Source: Chitinophaga pinensis (GTDB lineage: Bacteria > Bacteroidota > Bacteroidia > NS11-12g > UBA955). Taken from it: a stretch of DNA of 64,000 nucleotides. Shown piece after piece: positions 31,701 through 39,633 of this stretch (the first letter of the stretch is position 1; every line of letters begins with the position of its first letter). The stretch lies in assembly GCA_945871905.1 (NCBI GenBank), contig CAMBXL010000004.1, positions 132,095-196,094 on the forward strand, read 5' to 3'. Position numbers and translations under genes: made by a program. The notes below the pieces were generated by a model. It did no database searches, was not told the origin of the DNA, and saw only the letters and a list, made by a program, of their open reading frames with translations.

Positions 31701-33172
31701 ACAATAGTTCCACTGAAAAAGTCTTTCTTTAAATGCCCTTTAGCTTCTATTTCCGAAAATGCATGTCCTTTATAAACCAATTCATCTATTTTACCATCTA
31801 AATTTAAATCAAAAGACTCTGCAGACAATCCCTTACCATTTAAGGCCAATTTAAAACTAATATCATCAATCGGTGCAAAACTTATAAATGATTTTAACTT
31901 GAAATGATTGCTATTCAATTGTCCTGAATAAACGCCTTTGTCTAATCCATCCTTGAACTTAATATTGATATCCGCATCAAAGTCGCCTAACTCTGTTTTA
32001 ATTTTACCATATGCAATAAAATCATTATAAAATCCAGAGAAATTGCCGTTGTAAACGATAGGTCCTAATGTTTTAAAATTATCAGGAACATTATTCAAAC
32101 TTATTTTTTGCAAATCGGAATAATTAGTCTCCAACTCTTGAATGTCAAAATCTAAAATCGTATTATCAAAATCAGGCAAACCATACAAAGACCAATCCCC
32201 CTTGAATTTAGTTGATTCAAAAATTCGCAACTGAGTATTTTTCCCTTTGAGTTGTCGCAGAGTTCCTGAACCTTCCCCACTGATTTCAATGAGGGTGTTA
32301 TAACTTTTTATGTTATTACTAAAATAACTCAAATCACTTGTGTGTATTTTGGCATCCTTCAAACTGCCATACATGGTTACTTCATCGTTAAAGTTATTAT
32401 AACTTTTCCAACTCTCAGTTTTCATGATAAAAGTGTTTCCAATAGTACTTTTTTCGGTTTCCAAAAGCAAATCTTCAAGTTCAATTCCCTTCCAATGAAT
32501 TTTTGTCTTAGCTGAAATGTTCAACACCTCAAAACCACACTTCTCTTTGGTTGACAAATACTTAGTTTGGAAATTCAATGAATCATCTATCAAGTAAAAC
32601 TGATTGAGTTCGGCATTAATCTCTCTAAAACTAAAATCATTGTAATTGAAATCTAAAAAATCAGGTTTAGGTAAATTCCTATCAAAATAATCAAACCTTG
32701 AATTTTCAATTTCCACTTTTTTGCTAAAAAATGTCCACAATATCTTAGGCTTATTAGGATCACTTGGCGAGTCAAAAAAATCAAGGAAGAATTCATAATT
32801 TAAATCTTTTTCACCTTTGTGTTGACCAAATAAAATTTTAGCCCCAGTCATTCCCAAATAATTCAACTTAACTATGTGCTTGTTTTCATCGTAAGAATGA
32901 TAGTCAACTTTTAATTTCCTGAAATAAAACAAAGTATCATTGTGCTGGTCTTCAACATAAACATCTTCCAAAACAGCAGTTTTAAAAAAGTCAATATCTA
33001 CTCCACCAATAGATACTTTTACGCCCACCTCCTGAGACATGTAGTCGCATAATTTTTGAGTAATCCATGTTTGAACAGGCGAACTTCGAAACACAATGTA
33101 CATCAACCCTACAAAAAAGAGTAAGGTCAATATAAAAAAACGCGCTATTTTCGATATTTTTGCGAGCAACAT
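28763..33172 (-). CDS. tamB: Translocation and assembly module TamB (DUF490) protein
   Basis: N-terminal TM then PVQT..., VEDQHNDTL, long beta-rich body, and C-terminal GGTITWYGDP..A.LD, RQVFSLLI and GVGVVY.KEF. Confidence 0.88.
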   Translation of the reverse strand: MLLAKISKIARFFILTLLFFVGLMYIVFRSSPVQTWITQKLCDYMSQEVGVKVSIGGVDIDFFKTAVLEDVYVEDQHNDTLFYFRKLKVDYHSYDENKHIVKLNYLGMTGAKILFGQHKGEKDLNYEFFLDFFDSPSDPNKPKILWTFFSKKVEIENSRFDYFDRNLPKPDFLDFNYNDFSFREINAELNQFYLIDDSLNFQTKYLSTKEKCGFEVLNISAKTKIHWKGIELEDLLLETEKSTIGNTFIMKTESWKSYNNFNDEVTMYGSLKDAKIHTSDLSYFSNNIKSYNTLIEISGEGSGTLRQLKGKNTQLRIFESTKFKGDWSLYGLPDFDNTILDFDIQELETNYSDLQKISLNNVPDNFKTLGPIVYNGNFSGFYNDFIAYGKIKTELGDFDADINIKFKDGLDKGVYSGQLNSNHFKLKSFISFAPIDDISFKLALNGKGLSAESFDLNLDGKIDELVYKGHAFSEIEAKGHLKKDFFSGTIVVKDPDLDMVFDGLFQTVNNIPKADFKAQINHFNLASIGLDFVNQIIRGDFDFDFTGRNIDNAQGKIVAQNLSISRNNVQVDIPELLLTSDEILGKREIHCLSDLFDLHIVGDYKLSELDISLMQFAHELLPAYIKKPQQKSPNEDIDFSFDIKKPNQITALYWPDFSMQPFNISGYYHSRKNELKLVTQNKEVFYKDIKLNQIFLNALKNENEKLNVKVDCKGILSQSIVTIKDIQLVSNIYDNTIDFNLRAKDTTWNIDLYSNGIFNFYTDSIQLSLLKSDLMINNKLWSLQETSEAYFVSSGFYLQKFKIMNAIEALEMRGSYGEKSFNAMNLSLENFNLDIINNFVKDPDIEKFGGITNGFITYQKKEKLPIYYSDLTINEFSYANDTFGNLLVLTENRGLREPQHLQIKVKEGLLNNLRIEGDVDYFSDKNNLKLHAHLPETNLKVFEPFMKGILSQFKGSLMIKDSLLITGKFSEPQLNGKVILNNAQVLVDYLKVPIAFNAEILVEDNRFLIPEFPINDPKGGKGKVNGSITHQHLSDFKLNLFLKDLDNFQVLNTTSADNSLFYGKGFMSGNASLTGPFNQMDIKISGKTMPNTAFYLPINEGDASDLPNYVHFKTPKKRFERKVNDFPLNSLIIDIEANTDANVEIIFDETLGDKITGNGNGNIRMEMNKTGDFYMFGTYKVAQGKYLFTAFDLYNKPFFIRPGGTITWYGDPLDAKLDLVAFHSERANPNPLQIALTLNNSLSTNNSNSNRLVTAESELYLKGNLFTPEISFGLNFPKLQYEIQDDYVALQSVISRIKSDKDEVSRQVFSLLIMKQFLPPTFAENSIGISNAGSQALSTAGSDLLSAQLSNWLNKIDPNWNVNFIYKNGTLTLPLEYGVILSSKFIKDRLSFDGSFSNLTNRPNLNFEYKVTKKGNIKVKAYTRSNFNQVNTTSLNNPITTSGVGVVYTKEFNSISFRSRKKKKKAAKN

Positions 33173-33212
33173 TGCAAAGTTAAGCAACTATTCGCAATGT
33201 CTAATTAACAAA

Positions 33213-34223
33213 ATGACCCAAAAACAAGACAGTCCTTGTATCCTTGCCATTGAATCTTCTTGTGATGATACTGCTATAGCTGTCATTGCTAATAACAAAA
33301 TACTTGCCAATGTCGTTTCAAGTCAAAAAATTCATGAAATACATGGTGGTGTTATTCCTGAATTAGCGGGTCGTGCTCATTTACAGTTTATTGTTCCTGT
33401 GTATAACAAAGCTCTTGAATTGGCTGGAATCACAGCTCAACATTTAGATGCAATAGCCTACACTCAAGGCCCTGGATTAATTGGGTCGTTGCTTGTAGGG
33501 GCTCAGTTTGCCAAAGGCTTGAGCCTTGGATTAAACATACCTACTATTACTGTTAATCATTTACAAGCCCATATTGCGGCTCATTACCTTTCTGACACTC
33601 CTCCACAATTTCCATTTTTGTGTTTATTGGTATCAGGTGGACATACTCAAATCGTATTAATGTACAGCCATTCTAAGATCGAAATTATAGGATCAACTAT
33701 TGACGATGCCGCTGGAGAAGCTTTCGATAAAGCTGCAAAAATGATGTCTATCCCCTATCCCGGCGGTCCACTTATCGACCGTTATGCTGAATTGGGAAAT
33801 CCGTTGGCTTATTCTTTTCCAATTGCCAAACTTGAAGGTTTTAATTACAGTTTTAGTGGATTAAAAACCTCATTGTTGTACTTTATACAAAAACAAACAA
33901 AAATTGACCCTGATTTTGTTGATAATAATCTGAATGATTTGTGTGCTTCCATCAGATATACTATTGTAAAAACGCTGATTCAAACATTCGAAAAAGCCAT
34001 TTCTAAATATCAAATCAAGGAAATAGGAATTGCAGGTGGTGTAAGTGCCAATCGATTATTGCGACAAGAATTGTTAATTTTAGGTCAAAAACACCAATTA
34101 AAAGTTCATATTCCCCCTTTTGAATATTGCACAGATAACGCCGCCATGATTGCCGCAGCAGCTCATCAACATTACCTTAACAGTCAGTTTGCAAAACTAT
34201 CAGACACACCTTTTGCACGATAA
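33213..34223 (+). CDS. tsaD: tRNA N6-threonylcarbamoyladenosine synthesis protein TsaD
   Basis: Motifs ILAIESSCDDT, GGVIPE, GPGLIGSL, NHLQAH, VSGGHT, DDAAGEAFDK and TDNAAMI. Confidence 0.96.
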   Translation: MTQKQDSPCILAIESSCDDTAIAVIANNKILANVVSSQKIHEIHGGVIPELAGRAHLQFIVPVYNKALELAGITAQHLDAIAYTQGPGLIGSLLVGAQFAKGLSLGLNIPTITVNHLQAHIAAHYLSDTPPQFPFLCLLVSGGHTQIVLMYSHSKIEIIGSTIDDAAGEAFDKAAKMMSIPYPGGPLIDRYAELGNPLAYSFPIAKLEGFNYSFSGLKTSLLYFIQKQTKIDPDFVDNNLNDLCASIRYTIVKTLIQTFEKAISKYQIKEIGIAGGVSANRLLRQELLILGQKHQLKVHIPPFEYCTDNAAMIAAAAHQHYLNSQFAKLSDTPFAR

Positions 34224-34233
34224 CTTATTAAGG

Positions 34234-34752
34234 TTAGCGGTATAATTTCAATTTTTTAACCATTTTCTTAAAACGATGTGCCCGGTTTGCAAATGCAGGC
34301 GTTGCGTTGGGTAACTGTTTTTCAAGTTCAAAGTTTATCTCATCCAAAAACTCAGGAAAATCAACAATCAATCCCTCTAAAATAGTAATAGAATACGATT
34401 TAACAGCGATGGTTTCTTTTGGGTTCTGCAAACAGTTTAAACAAATAATTCCCAATTCCTCTTTGACAGAATCTGATTTTTCAATAAATTGAATGGCCTT
34501 AAACAAATTGCGCTTTACACCCAAATGAGTACTTGAATTTGCCTTTGTTATGATTTCAAATATATAAGGATTAAGTAATTCCGGTTTAATTTCTGACAAA
34601 TCGCTAATTATCCATGAGCACAAATATTGAGTTTTATCATCGCCGTTCAACAATGAATGAATTAGTTCTTTTTCATGCCATTGATTTGCTAATATTAAAT
34701 TAACAAAATCAACAACTTGCCTTTTGTTTATTGGGACATTTTCCAATACCAT
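34234..34752 (-). CDS. Conserved hypothetical alpha-helical (HEAT/ARM-like) protein
   Basis: Helical repeats with ..SWII.., GVKRN and ETIAVKSYSI..L. Downstream of valS in the same orientation. Confidence 0.6.
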   Translation of the reverse strand: MVLENVPINKRQVVDFVNLILANQWHEKELIHSLLNGDDKTQYLCSWIISDLSEIKPELLNPYIFEIITKANSSTHLGVKRNLFKAIQFIEKSDSVKEELGIICLNCLQNPKETIAVKSYSITILEGLIVDFPEFLDEINFELEKQLPNATPAFANRAHRFKKMVKKLKLYR

Positions 34753-34782
34753 AAACCTGAACGACTAATTTATTACTCCTAT

Positions 34783-37407
34783 TTACTTTGCCAACAAGAG
34801 TTTTATTTTCTCCTCTGCATCCGCTTTTTTCTGACGCTCTTTCGCTATGACCTCTGGTTTTGCATTTGCAACAAATTTTTCGTTGTTCAATTTAGCATCT
34901 ACCGACTTCAAAAATCCTTGTAAATAAGCCAATTCTTCGTCTTTTTTCTTTTGTTCTTCGGCTTCATCTACTGGCGCTTCAAATGGAATAAATATTTCAT
35001 CGGTTCCTACCAATGCACTTATGAATTTGCTTGGTTTTTCTTGATTGTAAAACACCTGATTGATATTGGCTAACTTGCAAAATGTGTATTCCCACAATTT
35101 GTATTCATCAACTTGGTCGGTATTGATATAAACGTCAAAAGCCAATTTAGGAGACAAACCTTTACTGTTTCGAATGGTTCTAATTTCGGTAATTAGCGAT
35201 AAAGCTTTGTCATTTATTACAGGTATTGAATCTTCAAGCATTGGATATGCACTTATAACCAAGGGTTTATTCACCTTATTTTCATTTAAAATATGGAACA
35301 ATTCTTCGGTAATAAATGGCATAAATGGATGTAAAAGAGACAGTATATTGATGAAATTTTGCTTTACATCTTCCATTGTAGAAGCATTGATTGGTTGACC
35401 ATAGATTGGTTTTACCATTTCCAAATACCAAGAACAAAAATCATCCCAAATCAACTTATATGAACACATTAAGGATTCGCTCAATCGGTAATCTTTAAAC
35501 AAATGATGAACCTCGTTTACAGCATTATTGAATTTCATACTAAACCATTGGTTAGCCAATTGGTTTGATTGTAATATTTCCTTAGAAACTTGAGAATCTT
35601 CAACCACTTCCCAACCATTTAACAAACGGTAAGCATTCCATAATTTGTTGCAAAAGTTACGCCCTTGCTCTATCAATGTTTCATCATAAAGGATGTCATT
35701 TCCTGCAGGCGCAGAAAGCAATAAACCCATACGAACACTGTCTGCACCGTATTTTTCAATTAAATCGAGCGGATCAGGACTATTGCCCAATGATTTGCTC
35801 ATTTTACGTCTTTGTTTGTCCCTAACTATTCCTGTAAAATAAACATTGCTAAATGGTTTTTGTCCTTTGAATGCATACCCTGCCATTACCATTCTAGCCA
35901 CCCAAAAGAATATAATATCCGGTCCTGTCACCAAATCCTGTGTAGGATAATAATAGTCGATGTCTTTCTGATTGTCTTTTTTGAAACCATCAAATACACT
36001 CATCGGCCAAAGCCAACTGCTAAACCAAGTATCCAAAACATCTTCATCTTGGTGTAATGCCTCTTTGGTATTTAACAATTGTTGCGCCTCAATTTCGGTT
36101 TTAGCAACAGCAAATTCACCATTTTGATTGTACCAAGCAGGAATTCTTTGTCCCCACCACAGTTGTCTGCTTATGTTCCAATCTTTTATATTTTCGAGCC
36201 AATGCTTGTAAGTATTTTTGAACTTAGCAGGATGGAATTTAATTTCATCGTTCATTACCGAATCAAGCGATTCAGGGTATTTTTGCATAAACAATTGCAT
36301 GTTAACAAACCACTGTGTTGATATTTTCTTTTCTATTACAGCATCTGTTCTTTCACTGTGTCCAACTGTATTTTTGATAGGTTCTATTTTTTCAATTAAA
36401 CCTAACTCTTCTAAATCTTTAATGATTTGTTTTCTACAAGCAAAGCGATCCATCCCCACATAAACACCAGCACGTTCGTGAATTTTACCATCATCGGTCA
36501 ATACATCTATCATTTCCAATTGGTGCTTAACGCCAATATTATAATCATTCTCGTCGTGTGCAGGAGTAACTTTCAAACAACCTGTTCCAAATTCTCTGTC
36601 TATGTAATCGTCTGCAATAATTTTGACAACTCTGTTAGAAATTGGCACTTTTACGGTTTTGCCAATCAAATTTTGGTAACGTTCATCTTCGGGATGTACA
36701 CAGATAGCAACGTCGCCCATAATGGTCTCGGGACGGGTGGTCGCAACGGTTAATCCAATTCCAGAAACACCAGTTTGTGCAATGGTTTCTTCGGTAAATG
36801 GATACACTATATACACCAATTGACTGTTAGTTTCTTTAAAAATAACTTCTTCATCACTCAATGTAGTTTTACCAGCAGGGTCCCAATTCACTATTTTAGT
36901 TCCTCTGTAAATTAATCCATCCTTGTACAATTGAATAAAGACATCAATAACGGCCTCACTCAAATCCTCTTCCATGGTAAAGCGGGTTCTTTTCCAATCG
37001 CAACTTGCCCCCAGTTTTTTCAACTGTTCCAAAATGATACCACCATATTTTTCTTTCCACGACCAAGCGTGTTTCAGAAACTCTTCGCGTGTAATGTCAG
37101 ATTTTTTAATCCCTTGTTCGGCCAACATTTTCACTACTTTGGCTTCAGTAGCAATACTTGCATGGTCCGTTCCTGGAACCCAACAGGCATTTTTACCGTC
37201 CATTCTGGCTTTTCTAATCAATACATCCTGAATGGTATTATTGAGCATGTGCCCCATGTGTAAAACGCCTGTCACATTTGGCGGAGGAATAACAATGGTA
37301 TAAGGTTCACGTTCATCGGGTGTTGAATCAAACAAACCGTTTTCGATCCAATATTTATACCATTTGTCCTCTACAGACTGGGGATTATAATGCTTATCAA
37401 GTTCCAT
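34783..37407 (-). CDS. valS: Valine--tRNA ligase
   Basis: Motifs IPPPNVTGVLHMGH, PGTDHASIATE, DWNISRQLWWG and KMSKS, plus C-terminal coiled coil. Confidence 0.97.
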   Translation of the reverse strand: MELDKHYNPQSVEDKWYKYWIENGLFDSTPDEREPYTIVIPPPNVTGVLHMGHMLNNTIQDVLIRKARMDGKNACWVPGTDHASIATEAKVVKMLAEQGIKKSDITREEFLKHAWSWKEKYGGIILEQLKKLGASCDWKRTRFTMEEDLSEAVIDVFIQLYKDGLIYRGTKIVNWDPAGKTTLSDEEVIFKETNSQLVYIVYPFTEETIAQTGVSGIGLTVATTRPETIMGDVAICVHPEDERYQNLIGKTVKVPISNRVVKIIADDYIDREFGTGCLKVTPAHDENDYNIGVKHQLEMIDVLTDDGKIHERAGVYVGMDRFACRKQIIKDLEELGLIEKIEPIKNTVGHSERTDAVIEKKISTQWFVNMQLFMQKYPESLDSVMNDEIKFHPAKFKNTYKHWLENIKDWNISRQLWWGQRIPAWYNQNGEFAVAKTEIEAQQLLNTKEALHQDEDVLDTWFSSWLWPMSVFDGFKKDNQKDIDYYYPTQDLVTGPDIIFFWVARMVMAGYAFKGQKPFSNVYFTGIVRDKQRRKMSKSLGNSPDPLDLIEKYGADSVRMGLLLSAPAGNDILYDETLIEQGRNFCNKLWNAYRLLNGWEVVEDSQVSKEILQSNQLANQWFSMKFNNAVNEVHHLFKDYRLSESLMCSYKLIWDDFCSWYLEMVKPIYGQPINASTMEDVKQNFINILSLLHPFMPFITEELFHILNENKVNKPLVISAYPMLEDSIPVINDKALSLITEIRTIRNSKGLSPKLAFDVYINTDQVDEYKLWEYTFCKLANINQVFYNQEKPSKFISALVGTDEIFIPFEAPVDEAEEQKKKDEELAYLQGFLKSVDAKLNNEKFVANAKPEVIAKERQKKADAEEKIKLLLAK

Positions 37408-37472
37408 AAAGTGCAAAAATAGAAATAAGTTAGGAGTTTTTTGTAGGAGAACATAAAAAAATGAATGGTTGC

Positions 37473-37662
37473 ATTGTTACACGCCGTTCAGTGTGATTGT
37501 ATATTTGTCACCCTGAGAGCCTTTACTGAGCTTGTCGAAGTGCTCTCGAAGAGTGTTTAATTGTTTCACACCGTTGAGCGTGATTGTTGAATTGGTTTAA
37601 TGGGTTGAATTTCCCAATAGTCATTCTGGAAAATTTTGTCCTCAAAATTTATTCAGAATCTC
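37473..37662. repeat. Cluster of REP-like palindromic elements
   Basis: A 28-bp direct repeat (37473-37500 and 37560-37587, 24/28 identical) flanks a GTCACCCTGAG..CTCGAAG element. A separate hairpin ATTCTG-AAATTTTG-loop-CAAAATTT-CAGAAT lies at 37620-37662. Confidence 0.65.
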
Positions 37663-37858
37663 TTGTTGAATTATGAAAATAACACCATTTAAAGAATAGC
37701 AACGTCAAAATAACTTATGATGGAAGCAAGAAAATCACCGAAATTAAACCCGAGGAAGTTAACCTTTTCCTGTTTTGGGAAAATATTCCTTAAAAAGGCA
37801 AATTAAAACCAACAAAAAATCTAAATCAAAACCATACTTTCCTCAAAATCGCAAATAA

Positions 37859-38767
37859 TCAATCCATTTTAGCTACTTTTCTTTTGTTTACTAAATAACC
37901 AAAAAGTGCGGCTGTAAAGAACATCATCAAACTGTAAATAGCGGGAGGAATACTCATTGCACTGTTATTTAAAACATTAAACGCTATGTATATCGCCATA
38001 GTGCCATTGTGTATCCCAATTTCCATTCCTATTGCAACAGATTGTTTGTGATTGATCTTAAACATCTGAGGAATGTAATACCCAATGGCCATACTTAGAA
38101 TATTGAACAACAAGGCAGCTACTCCAACTTGCTGAAAATACAATGCAACATTTTCTTTTTCTTTCAAAACAGCACCCACAATAATTAAGGCTAAAAATAA
38201 GGCTGACAATATTTTAACAGGCTTGTCTAATTTTTGCGAAACCATTGGTTTTTGTGCATTTATAACCATGCCTATTGAAACCGGAATTAACACAATAGCA
38301 AATACTTCAACTATTTTGGAAAACTGCATCGGTACTGCCATAACTGTTTGCATAAAATATTGAATAGAAAAGTTAACTATAAACGGTAAGGTTAGAAGAG
38401 TAATTAAACTGTTCATAGCAGTTAGGGTAATGTTTAAGGCTACATCCCCTTTGGCTAAATGGCTAAACAAATTCGCAGTTGGTCCTCCGGGTGAAGCCGC
38501 CAAAAGCATTAATCCCACTGCAAGTGCAGGCTCTAAGCCAAATCCTTTGGCAATAAAAAAACAAACCACAGGCAACAATAACATTTGACAAACCAAACCT
38601 ATAAATACCGCTTTAGGGTATTTTACAATTCTTTTAAAATCATCTAAGGTTAACGATAAACCTAATCCTAGCATAATAACAGACAAAGCAACAGGCAAAA
38701 AAACATTGGTTAAACTATTTGCAGCAGGTGCCGTTTGTGTTTGTAAAATTTGTAATAATAAACTCAT
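37859..38767 (-). CDS. Bile acid:sodium symporter (BASS) family transporter
   Basis: Motifs IMLGLGLSLT, PGGPTANLFSHLAKGDVALNITLT and EIGIHNG. Confidence 0.9.
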   Translation of the reverse strand: MSLLLQILQTQTAPAANSLTNVFLPVALSVIMLGLGLSLTLDDFKRIVKYPKAVFIGLVCQMLLLPVVCFFIAKGFGLEPALAVGLMLLAASPGGPTANLFSHLAKGDVALNITLTAMNSLITLLTLPFIVNFSIQYFMQTVMAVPMQFSKIVEVFAIVLIPVSIGMVINAQKPMVSQKLDKPVKILSALFLALIIVGAVLKEKENVALYFQQVGVAALLFNILSMAIGYYIPQMFKINHKQSVAIGMEIGIHNGTMAIYIAFNVLNNSAMSIPPAIYSLMMFFTAALFGYLVNKRKVAKMD

Positions 38768-38904
38768 ATCTATTCTTTTTTAAAAGACAAATGTATTATT
38801 AAAATTATATAATGCAAGTATTTTTAAATTTCTGTATTAAAAAAATCTTTAAACTTATCTAGTAACTGATTTTTGAAATTACTAATAACGTATTCAACCC
38901 ATCC

Positions 38905-39633
38905 CTACCTCACCAAATTATCCAACACAATAGCGGTACTTACAGCGGCATTTAAAGATTCTGCGCCCCCGATTTTAGGAATAGTGAGTTTGTATGTGGC
39001 CCTTTGCATAATCTCTTTACTCACGCCATGCCCCTCATTGCCTATTACTATCATTCCCTTTTGCATGGTTTGGAATGTATGTACGTTTTCACCATCGAAA
39101 CTCGTTACTATTAATGGTAGCTGATACTGTTCTGCTAATTGAATAATATCTGCATAAACCACCTCAACCCGCAAAAAACTCCCCATTGTTGCGCTTATGC
39201 ACTTAGGATTGTAAACATCGGTACACCCTTTACTACAAATCAATTTTTTAATCCCATACCAATCGGCAATCCTGATTATTGTGCCCAAATTACCTGGGTC
39301 TTGAATTTCATCTAAAGCCAATGTGTACTCATCGGCCGATAAATGTTGATTAAATTGAGGTATTTTTACGACCGCCAAAACCCTTTGTGGCGCTTGATGA
39401 AAAGATATTTTTTTTAATTCTTCTTCTGTCACTTCAATACACTCCAAACCTTTTATAAACAACTGATTTTCAGCAACCCATGAATTTATGGCTACTAATT
39501 TCACAATTTTGTAAGAGCTTTTCAACAATTCGGCAATACTTTTTTCACCTTCTACCACAAATTGGTCATATTTTTGTCTCTGTTTTTTATCTTGAAGACT
39601 TTTAATAAATTGAATGGCAGTTTTACTCAACAT
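38905..39633 (-). CDS. TrmH/SpoU-family RNA methyltransferase
   Basis: Motifs IQDPGNLGTIIR, IGNEGHGV and AESLNAAVS. Confidence 0.92.
   Translation of the reverse strand: MLSKTAIQFIKSLQDKKQRQKYDQFVVEGEKSIAELLKSSYKIVKLVAINSWVAENQLFIKGLECIEVTEEELKKISFHQAPQRVLAVVKIPQFNQHLSADEYTLALDEIQDPGNLGTIIRIADWYGIKKLICSKGCTDVYNPKCISATMGSFLRVEVVYADIIQLAEQYQLPLIVTSFDGENVHTFQTMQKGMIVIGNEGHGVSKEIMQRATYKLTIPKIGGAESLNAAVSTAIVLDNLVR

Noticed and set aside
35174-37263. Many + strand ORFs (74-110 aa) antisense to valS, and similar shadow ORFs inside priA, ktrB, parA, recG, rpsA, rel, yebC and dnaN
   Set aside because: They lie entirely within well-supported genes and have no motifs. Codon bias on the opposite strand or frame explains them.
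37562-37577. parS site (starts TGTTTCAC)
   Set aside because: Only the left half matches TGTTTCACGTGAAACA. The sequence belongs to the 28-bp repeat.
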